A DNA stretch of 64,000 nt from Octopus sinensis (taxonomy: Eukaryota), in the NCBI RefSeq assembly GCF_006345805.1, contig NC_043007.1, positions 71,858,001 through 71,922,000 on the forward strand, given 5' to 3'. The notes beneath the pieces were generated by a model, which saw only the letters and a list, made by a program, of their open reading frames with translations, ran no database searches and was not told where the DNA came from. This document shows positions 26,226 through 38,389 of the stretch, piece after piece (position 1 is the first letter of the stretch; each line of letters begins with the position of its first letter). The translations under genes were made by a program, and so were the position numbers.

Positions 26226-27612
26226 TTTTACTCGGGTTGTTGATATTTATGTATGGGAGATCGCCTATGTTTGTTTATAATATTTACCATTTGAATGGGA
26301 ATATGGCTTTGAATTGTGGCTCAACTTCTAGGAAATCAGGGGTTTTAGCAGAAAAGCCTCTCCCTCATAGAAATGTGGAGACAAATACCAACGATGTCGA
26401 TAGACAGGCAAAAAGGAGAGACATAAATTAATTCTGTAAATAAACACTTGTTAAATTGGAACAATTATGAGTGAAAAAAATCTTATTTGGGTCACCAGAG
26501 AATAAACTGTATAAAAATAATTTTAGATATTTCGAGACGGTTGAAAGAGTGCAGTAGGGTAAAGTAAAATAAATATTTTAAGAAAACATAAGCGCTCGAT
26601 AAGGGAGCCCTAATACAGAAATATCACTAGTTAAATGTTAAAATATTACACACTGAGGGAGAAAAACATCAAAGTAACTAATCGAAAAGTCAATTTATAA
26701 TTGGAAGCTTTGTTTACTATGTAGATATAGAGTAAGGAAAGGCGACAGGAAGAGGAGCTGTTATAGAATATATCAGATAAACACAAATAAATATCAGTAA
26801 ATCGATGAGTAAATAAAACAAATATTCAAAGAAAGCAATGTGGTGTTGTGAAAAATAGTCAATATTTTGTTTTTAACGATCGTATGTGATTAATCACACT
26901 GAAAGTAATAGTCATTGGTTGTTAATGAAGACAATAACACAGACATATGATATAAAATATAAAAATAGGACGAGCTTTTCTTTCATAGCCTCACCATAGT
27001 CAATTAGTACCAGTAATACAGGACCCCGCTGACTTCATTAATTTTATCGTTTCCCAAACAAAAATTAGTGTCAGCAACTTTTATTGAAATTAATGACTAA
27101 ATAATAGCGAAAAATGGCACAAGGCCACGTATTTTGGAGAAGTAACTCAGCCCCAGTTCTAGACTATTTGCCCAAACCCCCATGGGAATTGAACTGGAAA
27201 CCTAACAAAATATATTTTGCCTGAGATTCTCTACCCAGAAATTTTGGAGAAGGAAAATGACACTAAATTAACCTCGGTATTCGATGAGTATTTATTTATA
27301 AACCCTGGAAAATAATGTTGATACTAGCCCAAATTTGAACTGAGAACGTAATAATAATAATAATAATAATAATAATGATTTCTTATTTAGGAACAAGATC
27401 AGCTATTTTCAAGGGTGGGGATTAGTTAAACCATCGACTTCAGTCTTCAACTGGCACTTAGATTTTTTTCGACCTCGGAGGGATGAAAAGCAAAGTAAAT
27501 TTCGGACAAATTTTAACTCAAATAATAATAATAATAAATGAATTGATTAGTTGATAAATTAATTAATTAATAATGCTGACAGTGGTATTAATAATATTGA
27601 CAACGAACTTAC

Positions 27613-28470
27613 GAGCAGTTTTTCTTCTTCGTCAACAAGTTTGAAGCAAACACATTCATCGTAAGACACTTTGTTTTTGTTTTGAGCAGTGGAGCCCGTT
27701 TGGGGTAGTTTTTTGTCAACTTCCTTCGAGGTTGTCGCCATATCTTTTTCGTTGATACACACATCAGGAATACTTTGTATACTAGAATCAGAATGGGCAC
27801 TAGAGAAGGACATTTCTGTTTCGGGCAGAGTTTGTGCAAGCTCTTGTGGCAGAGTCACATAAGTTAGGGAATCATCATTGTCACCGATAGGAGATAAAGG
27901 TTTAATAATTGGATTACAAGTAAACACTGTGGCTGCACTTGCCGTGTTAGAAATGGTGCTATTGTTATTATTGCTCGTTGTTTGAAGTAGCAGAGTGGCT
28001 GGCTGGCTTTGATCTGAACATTGAGGAAGTGAACTTGTATTAGGAGTTGGGTGCACTAATGAAACTAGGGTTGGTTGCTGAGCTTTTTTCTCGTAGTCAC
28101 GGAAGCGAAGTCGCCTATGGGAGCACCGTCTGCTATTAGAGCGATGTAAGGCTTCATTGCACTGGTAGCACAAATTTAATTGACAATCTTCACAGCGGAC
28201 ATCAGCATAGTTCTTGTTGTCACAAAATGAACTAGCGCAAAGCTTTGACGACGGTGGTGGTGCCAATGGCTGTCTTTCATGACATACAAACTTAGAATTG
28301 TGATGTATGGTTTTTTCACAGTCCTTACATTGAAGTGTACCACATTTATCACATCTGAAATCAGCTTCCGTCCGGTCCTGGGGACAGCAAAGCCGTTCCT
28401 GACAGAATTCTCGAGACGATCTCACCTTTGAGGAAGCTGTCGTCGATGATGATGACCTTGGGATCATCAT
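27613..28470 (-). CDS. ZFYVE1: ZFYVE1 coding exon 1 (two Cys-rich B-box-like modules plus low-complexity linker)
   Basis: ATG at 28470, donor CTG CTC|gtaagt, 858 nt. Contains CQERLCC...FRCDKCGTLQCKDCEKTIH and ADVRCEDCQLNLCYQCNEALH, matching the DFCP1 N-terminus. Confidence 0.93.
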
Positions 28471-29479
28471 TTACTAAAATAAAGATACTTCTCACCACTA
28501 TTAGCATCCATTTTGGAGCAAATTATTATTTATGTTTCACTGCTGCTGTTATATAGCCTCGGTATCACTTCAAGTTAGTTTCGTATTCGAGCACCAACCA
28601 CCGCATCTTTTTTCTCGAAGTTTCTTTAATATCAATAAACTTCAGTTTTTATTATATTCCCTCCAAATCACCTACGTATTTATTGTACCAGCTACAGCCT
28701 TACAATTTCTATAAATTCAACAGACTTGATGTCAGCAGCTGATGACCTGGAATAAAACACCTTTTTATCAATGTTATTGTTATGAAAATAAAGTCTAGCT
28801 GACGGGTTGCTAGAATTAAAAATAGATTATGAAGTATGTAGATATGAAAATGGAAAACTTGAATAGAGGACTGACTATCGTAAAAATTACTGGCTTTTAT
28901 GTTATTTCTTCCCTGGTTAACCTTAATCAAAACATTTTATCGAATGCATCATTCCAATCGTGATCATCCTGTCTTTTTTTCCCTGCAAATAATGTATCTA
29001 CAACCACATATCCTTTAGAGGAGCTAAGATGCAAGAGATTTGTCTGCTATTTTTAGCACTTCTATCGACCACGTACAGGCCTCCTTGAGAGCTTGACGTA
29101 ATTCATTATTATTTCTTTTCCTTTTAAAGAATATATTTAATTTTCCCCAAAGACAAAACCATTATGACATTATAATTGATATATCGTGAATGTCCCTATG
29201 TGATTTTATTTGATTCCACAAAATAAATGTCATTTTTTTTTTCTCTATTAAGTTGCAATAAAGGTATAGAAATGTCATGAAAAATGTGTTAATGAATGAA
29301 TTAACAGAAGACAACAATACTTAGATGTAGGATGTAGTTGCTTCTGGTATATTAGCAGAACTTAAAATGAGCGCAGGATCCAAATATTGGATCAATCAAT
29401 ATTTAACACTAGGAAATTCTATTATTATGAACTGCCAGAAGTAATAAAAAGAAAAGATATTGTATATGTAAAGCTTTAC

Positions 29480-29920
29480 TTTAAATTACTTTAAAGTACT
29501 GCTACTGTATATCTCTCATTGAGAGATTTAGGGACAATAATGTTTCTATTTATATTGTATATGTTAAAAGCAATAATTATCTCCTGCGATAGCGCACGAT
29601 GCCAACGGTTTAAAGTGTATGTCTTTAGAAAGTAATAGAGAGTATAAATCCGATTCCTGATCTGCGCACCTCGACACGCTGATGTGTCGTGAAATATAGC
29701 AAGGTGCGTCGAAAAAAAATTACATTTTATGAACAAGAAAGCTAAAACTTTAAATACAATATAATAATAACTGTTTTGTTTACTAAATAAAGAAGTACTT
29801 AATTGTCCTTATTTAGATCATAATTCATGGATTAAATATATGAATACCTTTTCTAGTGCGCTGTTTGATTTTTATGCACGAAGTGCGCAAAAATACTATT
29901 TTCTTTAAAGTGAGACGTCA
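29480..29920 (-). promoter_or_regulatory. Candidate ZFYVE1 promoter / non-coding first exon
   Basis: Repeat-free and locally CpG-rich, with several GCGCA motifs. An acceptor-like ttttag lies 3 nt upstream of the ATG, which implies an upstream UTR exon. Confidence 0.4.
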
Positions 29921-30052
29921 GCAAAAAAAAAAAAAAGAAAAAGACAAGAAAAAGTTGTGAAGTAATGATTGTTGTTTACTGAATTAGCAGACCTACGACT
30001 GAAGAGGGTTTCCAAATTTTACATATATATATATATACATATGTATGTATAC

Positions 30053-30087
<35 letters not shown>

Positions 30088-30117
30088 TGTATGTATGTAT
30101 GTATGTATTCTCATGCT

Positions 30118-30331
30118 TATATTCTTTTATTCTTTTATTTGTTTCAGTCATTTGACTACGGCCATACTGGAGCTCCACCTTTAGTTGAGCAAATCGACCC
30201 CAAGACTTATTCTTAAGCCTAATACTTATTCTATCGGTCTCTTTTGCCGATGTGCTAAGTTACGGGGACGTAAACATACCAGTATCAGTTGTCAAGCGAT
30301 GTTGGGGGATAAACACAAACACACACACACA

Positions 30332-30394
<63 letters not shown>

Positions 30395-30675
30395 AGTTCA
30401 GCAAACAATTTAGATTCAAATGAATATGGTACTTAATTTAGATGCACCAAAATTTTTTTATGGTGTCACCCATATGTATGAAACAATTGTACTAAATTAC
30501 CGGATTCATTCTTGTTGCTTAACGGGCTTCTTTCAGTTTCTGTCTACCAAATCTATTCACAAGGCTTTGGTCGGCCTAAGGCTATAGTAGAAGACACTTG
30601 TCAAAGGTGTCACACTGTGGGACTGAACCTGGAACCATGTAGTTGGTAAGCAAGCTACACAGCCACTCCTGCACT
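30118..30675 (-). mobile_element. SINE family A with expanded TA tract and an internal insertion
   Basis: Tail at 30118-30330, head at 30520-30675. Confidence 0.8.
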
Positions 30676-30735
30676 TATATAGTTGCATATCTAGACATGC
30701 TCATATATATTTAAATGATAAACTTCTGAAAAGTT

Positions 30736-33250
30736 TTACAGATTTTTACAGTTTGAGAAGCCTAATTTCTCAAGATTGGTATTTAGATAGTGTGTCACAT
30801 ATCCCAGAGCCCCAATAATTACAGGTTTAAATCTGAACTTGTAATCTGGATAGAGTAACTGCAGATTTCTCAATAGTTCAACGTAGGTATTTTCTTTTTC
30901 GCAGATCTTCAGCTTTATGTTGATGATGGAATCACTCCGTCGGTTCCGACGACGAGGGTTCCGGTTGATCTGAATCAACGGAACAGCCTGCTCGTGAAAT
31001 TAACGTGTAAGTGGCTGAGCACTCCACAGACACGTGTACCCTTAACATAGCTCTCGGGGATATTCAGCGTGACTCAGAGAGTGACAAGGCCGGCCCTTTG
31101 AAATACAGGTACAACAGAAACAGGAAGTAAGAGAGAGAGAGAGTCGTGGTGAAAGAGTACAGCAGGGATCACCACCATCCCCTGCCGGAGCCTCGTGGAG
31201 CTTTAGGTGTTTTCACTCAATAAACATTCACAACGCCCGGTCTGGGAATCGAAACCGCGATCCTACGACCGCGAGTCCGCTGCCTTAACCACTGGGCCAT
31301 TGCGCCTCCACTCAGCTTTATGTTAACATTCACTGGGCAGCTAATTTCCACAACTGTACACAGTTTCTCATCTCTATCCCAAACCATTACATCAGATCTG
31401 TTGTGCTTACATTTTATTGAGGTCTTCACTGGGACATTCCACCAGTACTCCTTTTTATTATGAGTGGCTATGGCTTCTAGCATATTGTGGGTTCTTCTGT
31501 CTTTGTTGTCGGGGTTATCCTTCTGATAGATTTCATTATATAGTGTCCTAACTACATCATGTCTCATCAGTAGATAATACCAGGATGACATTTTCGGACA
31601 ACTGTTTATGATGTGGGTGATATCTTTGGCATAAACTCCACAAAGTCTGCATTGGTTTTCACATTTTACTGTTTTTCATACATTTCTATCCCTTTTGTGC
31701 ATCAGGTATTTAGTTGCTATTTCCTGTTCCTGGATTGCAAATGCATACCCTTCAAAGTGGAAGTTAGTAATCCAGCTATTGGTCCATGATAGACCACTTT
31801 GATTATCAATGTTACTATCTGCTCATATAGGCTCGTCCTTTTATCTGATGATACATTGGCTTAGATCTCATCAAGCATCCAGTCGAGCAGCCCAAATGTT
31901 GGTATGAGTACTGACGCTTCAAACACACAGTGGGCCACTGTTTTATTGAATGCAGAGAGTTCTGAGGTCCAAATTTTCTTTATTCAGCTGAAACATTTAG
32001 TGATACATGTTTTGTTACAGATTCTGTTGTAATATATTTTCATCCACCCCTAGATATCTGTAACATTCCTTGTCAGATATAGGGGAAACAGTCAAAACAT
32101 TGATGGAGATGTTGCTAGTCTGGTTTACAGTTTTCTCCCTTTTTACAACCATATACTAACATTTATCCTGACCAAACTCGAACCCTACATCCTTTGAGAA
32201 TGTTGTACCAAGTTCAAGACTCTTTTTCATCTCATGCATATTCTTTGCATAAAGTTTCAAGTCATCCACAAAGAAACAGTGTGTAATTTTGATATTTCTG
32301 TTTCCTTGTGAATCAGTGAGATATCCTTCAGACTTCCTTAATATGAATGACAAGGGGTTTACAGAAAGTATAAATAAGATCATTGAGAGGATGTCCCCTT
32401 GGAATATACTTTTGTGATATTGTATTCTATAATTTAAAAATATTTTTCTTTAATAATATTTTTGCTGTTTTTGTAAAATCTCAGAAAATAATTAAAAATT
32501 CACATTTTTTGTCAAATTATTTTGTTATATTTGTCTATCTATCCAACTGTAAACATTTTAAATATTTCACTAACTTTTTGTTATAACTTGGCAAAAGGGT
32601 ACATTTTTTGCCAAAAATTGCTAAATTTGTTCCCACACTCTTTGTGCTTAATTTCAAAGTGGTGGCTCACAAAGAAGCCAGGTTAGCAATGGGTTTGACT
32701 AAGCTCACAGGAACTTTCTTCTAGCATCAATGACTGGGGAACATAGTCAAAGGCTTTTTTGTAGTTTAGCCACATTGAAACTAGGTTCCTCCTATGTTCT
32801 TGCACTTCTGATATCACAGTTTTGTTGATTAACAATTGCTGGGCACATTCCTAAACACTTCTCCCCAGCCGCTTGTTCTGCTGTGATGATGTTATTGGTT
32901 TCACAATGGTCCTAGAGGAAGAAGTTTAAACATGCTGTATAAATCTTATACAAAAAGTTCTGGCATGCAATAGGCCAGTAATTTTTTGCCATGCTGGTAG
33001 TTCTGCATTTGGGGATCAATTTTGTCTCTGCCACAGCTAACCAGTGTGGTATTCTACTGTTCCCATTGATAGCATGCTGGTACAGATTGATAAGATATAA
33101 TTGGAAGAAGGTTAGCTTCTTGTACCAATATCCAACAATCAAATCTCTTCAAGGTGCTTTTCCATCCTGGAGTTTCTGGATCACAGTTGCAGGAGTTTCC
33201 CTACCAACATTGTATGTCTTGTGTGTAACACAGGAGCTGTATGTATGTAT
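30736..33250 (-). mobile_element. R4/Dong-like non-LTR retrotransposon (RT plus restriction-like endonuclease), decayed
   Basis: WYKKL...TKLIPK...NYWPIACQNFLYKIYT; IFQGDILS...FVDDLKLYA; HIINSCP...RHD; HNRSDVMVWD...VEISCP...KENTY...PVIIGALG. Confidence 0.8.
30922..31311 (-). mobile_element. tRNA(Arg)-like SINE, family E, with 13-bp TSD
   Basis: TCAGCTTTATGTT at 30909-30921 and 31312-31324. Head GGCGCAATGGCCCAGTGGTTAAGGCAGCGGACTCGCGG...GTTTCGATTCC. Confidence 0.9.
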
Positions 33251-33394
33251 GTATGCATACTATCTTTTTTCATTTTCTTCATTTAGTCATTGGACTAGTC
33301 ATGCTGGGAAACCATCCTAAAGGGTTTAGTCGAACATATTGATCCCAGTACTTATTTGAGTTCTATTATGGCAACTTACTGATTGTCCTATACT

Positions 33395-33399
<5 letters not shown>

Positions 33400-33460
<61 letters not shown>

Positions 33461-33469
33461 ATATATATA

Positions 33470-33521
<52 letters not shown>

Positions 33522-33708
33522 ATATATAGGTGAGAAAGTTGGTGTGTGAAAGCACGTGGTTGAAAATATAGAAAATAGTAAAAAGTGAAAAAACTACAGA
33601 AGGCTTGTTTTAAAAGGTTAAAAAATATATATTTGAGTCATTATGTCAGAAGGATGTTATAAATTTTTTTCATACAGTGACATAGTTTTTGAAGAAAACA
33701 TACATACA

Positions 33709-33744
<36 letters not shown>

Positions 33745-33815
33745 TAATATATATATGTATGTATAAATGATCATCATCATCGTTTAATGTCTGCTTTCGA
33801 TAATGATGATGATTT

Positions 33816-33880
<65 letters not shown>

Positions 33881-34085
33881 ATATATATAAATGTCCAAAT
33901 ATGTATGTATTATGTTATGTGAATGCATGCAAACACCTATGTGTATATGAAGATGAAGCTGTATGCACATATACATACATATACATGTGTGCATGCATGT
34001 GTGTGGGTATGTGTGTATGTATGAGTACATACATGCACATATATGTTTGTGCATGTATGTGCATGTACATATACATGTTTGTATG
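33400..34085. repeat. Compound (TA)n/(TG)n/(TACA)n microsatellites
   Basis: Direct inspection. Confidence 0.85.
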
Positions 34086-34429
34086 AGTGGGTATGTATGT
34101 AGACGTTATGAACGCAGGAGGTTTAATGTCTGTGTATTGTGAGAATATGGTTGCATATATTTTTTATACTTTTTCTTTTTTTCTTTTCCTACCGGTTTTT
34201 CATAGCGTCTATTGCCATTAATAGCAGACAAGAATGCATCGAAGCTCTTCACTCTGACATTCCAAACTCCAAGTACTATAATGACAACATACTGTTTGTT
34301 CTAAATTATAATATATATATATATATATCATCATCATCATCGTCTAATGTCCGTTTTCCATGCTAGCATGGGTTGGATGATTTGACTGAGGTCTGGCGAA
34401 CCAGATGGCTGCACCATCGTTAGCCACTA

Positions 34430-34600
34430 CACACATTATTTTCTCTCCTTGTTTTTTCTGTGTCCCTTTCTGTAGAAGAGCACAGACTCAAAACGTAAAA
34501 GACTTTTTCTATTCCTGAGCGTTATACTAATACACCTGTTTGTTTTGTACACCACCTGTCTTCATCTTTTGTTTTTTTCGTAAACTCTCCCTATAGATAT
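34430..34600 (+). mobile_element. Repeat family P (carries an HHR-like variant motif)
   Basis: Similar to 35530-35690, 59160-59345 and 60150-60255. Confidence 0.65.
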
Positions 34601-34625
34601 ATATATATATCTATATATATATACA

Positions 34626-34672
<47 letters not shown>

Positions 34673-34699
34673 GATGAACATCAATGGAATTTGTATCTT

Positions 34700-35290
34700 T
34701 GTGGTACCAGTGCCGGTGGCACGTGGCACATAAGAAAACCATCCGAACGTGGCCGTAGCCAGTACCGCATCGACTGGCCTCCGTGCTGTGGGCACATAAC
34801 AAGCACCATCCGATCGTGGCCGTTTGCCAGCCTCATCTGGCACCTGTGTCGGTGGCACATAAAAACACCATCCGAGCGTGGCCGTCTGCCAGCCTCGTCT
34901 GGCACCTGTGTCGGTGGCACATAAAAAACACCATCCGAGCGTGGCCGTCTGCCAGCCTCGTCTGGCACCTGTGTCGGTGGCACATAAAAAACACCATCCG
35001 AGCGTGGCCGTCTGCCAGCCTCGTCTGGCACCTGTGTCGGTGGCACATAAAAAACACCATCCGAGCGTGGCCGTTTGCCAGCCTCGTCTGGCACCTGTGT
35101 CGGTGGCACATAAAATCACCCACTACACTCTCGGAGTGGTTGGCGTTAGGAAGGGCATCCAGCTGTAGAAACACTGCCAGATCTGACTGGACTGGTGCAG
35201 CTTTCGGGCTCCCCAGACCCCAGTTGAACCGTCCAACCCATGCTAGCATGGAAAGCGGACGTTAAATGATGATGATGATGATGATGATGA
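34700..35290 (+). mobile_element. Repeat family D with internal 63-bp tandem array (about 5 units)
   Basis: Unit CACCATCCGAGCGTGGCCGTCTGCCAGCCTCGTCTGGCACCTGTGTCGGTGGCACATAAAAAA at 34866, 34929, 34992 and 35055. (GAT)n tail. Confidence 0.9.
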
Positions 35291-35717
35291 TATATACACA
35301 TATATATACGTGTGTGTTTATATATATATATATATAATAAATTATGCCAATAGGATTATAATCCAAGCAGTATCCTTGTGGTCCTTGTGAAACATGTCTG
35401 CATAGTCCAGTACTCCAAAATTGTTATCTCTAGAGCAGATGTGATATATGTGTGAGGTATGCATAAGGGTTGAAAAATACTAGCAAAATAGTATTTGCAG
35501 AGTAATTACATATCAAAACAAGAAATTGTGAGTATAGTTCAAATTTACAGGAAACAAAAGATGAAGACAGGTGAAAGAACAACAAACAGGTGTAGTAGTT
35601 TAATGCTTGGGAAGAATGGAAAAGTCTTTTGTGTTTAAAGCCTTTGCTCTTCGACAGGAAGTTTTAAGAGGTAAAAAAACAAAGTGAGAAAAATGTGTGT
35701 AGGGCATACAGGTTCAC

Positions 35718-36105
35718 TGTATGTATGTATGTATGTATGTATGTATGTATGTATGTACGTATGTATGTATGTATGTATGTATGTATGTATGCATGTATGT
35801 ATGTATGTATGTATGTATGTATGTATGTATGTATGCATGTATGTATGTGTGTATGTATGTATGTGTGTATGTATGTATGTATGTATGTATGTATGTATGT
35901 ATGTATGTGTGCATGTATGTATGTATGTATGTGTGCATGTATGTATGTATGTATGTATGTGTGTATGTATGTATGTATGTGTGCATGTATGTGTGCATGT
36001 ATGTATGTGTGCATGTATGTATGTATGTATGTATGTATGTGTGCATGTATGTATGTATGTATGTATGTGTGTGTGTGTGTATGTATGTATGTATGCATGT
36101 ATGAC
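35718..36105. repeat. (ATGT)n tetranucleotide microsatellite
   Basis: Direct inspection. Confidence 0.95.
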
Positions 36106-36592
36106 ATGTCAGAGTATTTGAGTTGATGTCAATATGTCACACAAACATACATCAGATCAGTAAATAATTATTTAGTTATCACCTTGGCTTTGTTTTTTGA
36201 GCCAATTGATTGACAGACAAGTTCAACATGTTTGTATATCTAAGCCTCAACCAGACAACTGTGGCATCGTTCCAGAGAATATTAAATGCTTTAAAACTTA
36301 TTCAACATAACTTACCAAGGAGGATGTAAATACTTATTTTTAATTCTGTTTAGAACAAGTGTTGTAATTAAGTCATAGAATATTTATTTTGTCAGCAAAT
36401 AACAGCTAAATCTTGTATCAAATCATATCCCATCACTTGAAATTGGAAAGGATACATAGGATAATGTTGTCTTAAGTATAATGAGAAAACAAGAGACTAG
36501 CTTGTCATAGATGGAATGTTTTTTGATCATAGATTACTGGAGGCTAAATAAAAACAATTTCACTTCTTTTTAAATATCTTTTTTTATCATAT

Positions 36593-36623
<31 letters not shown>

Positions 36624-36627
36624 ATAT

Positions 36628-36931
36628 GTGGAGGCACATGGCCTAGTGGTTAGAGCAGCGGACTCGCGGTTGAGGGATCGTGAGTTCGAATCTCAGACTG
36701 GGCGATGTGTGTGTTTATGAGCAAAACACCTAAGCTCCACGTGGTTCCAGCAGAAGGTAATGGCGAACCTCTGCTGAGTCTTTCGCCACAACTTTTTCTC
36801 ACTCTTTCCTCCTGCATCTAGCAGCTCACCTGCGACGGACCGGCATCCCGTCCAGGTGGGAAACCTATACACCAAGGAAACCGGGAAACTGGCCCTTTTG
36901 AGCCAGGCATAGCTCGAGAAGGAACAAACAA
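36628..36931 (+). mobile_element. tRNA(Arg)-like SINE, family F
   Basis: GGCACATGGCCTAGTGGTTAGAGCAGCGGACTCGCGG...GAGTTCGAATCTC head with A and B boxes; ...GAAGGAACAAACAAC tail. Confidence 0.88.
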
Positions 36932-37212
36932 CACACATATTATAAGTAAGATTCAGTTGAATTAAGTATTTAAGTTGAGGCACCACGTTAGATTGGAATA
37001 ATATACACACACAACAATATTATGCAAATATCAACCTTGGTATAGAAGTACTGGCAGAATGATATTCTTGTAGTACATGCAGGCAATTAGGCCCAGCTGA
37101 GTATATAATCTGTTCCTGAGCTATTCAGACATGTACGTTTTATTAAATATGGAATTTAATATGATACGTTAGCCGTTGAACAAGAAGTGCTACTGTTGAA
37201 GCACAGTTCGAA

Positions 37213-37495
37213 ATGGCTAACGTAGTCAAGGAGGTCTCAACAAGGACCCTCAAGAATGATGAAATAATTCTATTACCCACGTACTTGTGCTGCAGAACAG
37301 CGAAGGTTGTAATCGACGAAATTCCGGCAGGATATCATGTAATGTGGGTGGTGGCAGCTGTTATTTACGATGTCGAAGAAGCGGTAACAATTCTACAAAT
37401 GAAAAAGAAGGAAGCAGTCAATTGGAGAGGCCAAACATTAGAAATGGTCCTACAGGTCTCAATCAAAGCCCTGAGGAATTTTCCAGATAGGGTGT
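37213..37495 (+). pseudogene. Protein-like ORF fragment, probably a retroelement ORF1 remnant
   Basis: About 94 codons of non-repetitive, CpG-retaining sequence (MANVVKEVSTR...ILLPTYLCCRTAKVVIDEIPAG) running into a microsatellite. Confidence 0.35.
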
Positions 37496-37948
37496 TCATA
37501 TATAAATATATATATGTATGTGTGTGTTACTGTTATTCTCCTTGTCCTGTCTTTTACTGTTTATATTTTGAACTGTCGTTACTGTCCTGTTTTTCTTACC
37601 ATTTTTACCCCTCCACAAAAAAATCTCAAATTTTATTTAATTTGATTTTCGCAGGAAGGATTGTTTCATTAAAGTCATGTATCGCCTTGACCTTCGAAAC
37701 GTGGAGTAGATGAAACAAAGGCGACTGAAGAAGGGGAATTTTCCTTGTTTTGTATGTCCTGTACTCTATTCTTTCGTTGTTTAAGAAAAATGTCCATTTC
37801 CTTGGTTTTGTGTTTATGTTTTCGTTTCTCATTGTGTTCGACGTTTTTTTGGTGTCCTGTACCCATATATGCATGTATATATACATGTAGAGGTAGGTAC
37901 GTACATACATGTATGTATATATGTATATGTTTTATTTATTTATTAATT

Positions 37949-37990
<42 letters not shown>

Positions 37991-37999
37991 TATAATATA

Positions 38000-38330
38000 T
38001 GTAGGTCCGGGTTGATTCGGGGTTAACCACAGTAAATAAGGTACTCAATACATAGCAGAGTAAAATTAATTTATTATATAGAAGGAGCTTCTACAGGACT
38101 AGAACTGTTTCATTCAAGAGAAATCTTCAGGAAGCTAGTTAACAAGAATTGTATTGGCATTTATACATTTAGGCAGGTTTAAAGGGGTGTTGGTGGGGGA
38201 CTTTTTTGGGGTAGGCATAGCGCAAAATATCATACTTGGGGGAGTGGTCAAGGAGTCAGTGTTAAATTAGATAGAAGAATAAATAAAAAAATAAAAAAAT
38301 AAAATAAAAAAATAAAATAAAAATAAAAAA
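38000..38330 (-). mobile_element. Solo PLE-like pseudo-LTR carrying a hammerhead ribozyme
   Basis: Island between microsatellites that contains the HHR below; no ORF. Confidence 0.55.
38086..38136 (-). ncRNA. Type I hammerhead ribozyme, near-intact
   Basis: AGCTTC-CTGAAGA-T TTC TCTT GAA T-GAAA-CAG TTCTAGTC CTG-TA-GAAGCT. Stem I 6 bp, intact core, stem III 3 bp plus A-U, GUA cleavage triplet; U-U at the base of stem II. Confidence 0.8.
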
Positions 38331-38389
38331 ATATATATATAAAAAAAGGGAATAGAGTTTTAGGTAAATAAGGAGATTCTCACTTATAC

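Noticed and set aside
31230-31311. Functional tRNA genes at SINE heads (also 36628, 47200 and family A heads)
   Set aside because: They have A/B boxes but run into SINE bodies, have no clean acceptor stem or terminator, and are multi-copy or TSD-flanked.
34180-34260. Possible HHR (GTGAAGA...GAAAAACCGGTA) on the minus strand
   Set aside because: The core is altered and the stems are unconvincing.
34562-35265. ORFs with 21-aa repeats on both strands
   Set aside because: They are a by-product of a 63-bp tandem unit inside a dispersed repeat; there is no evidence of a gene.
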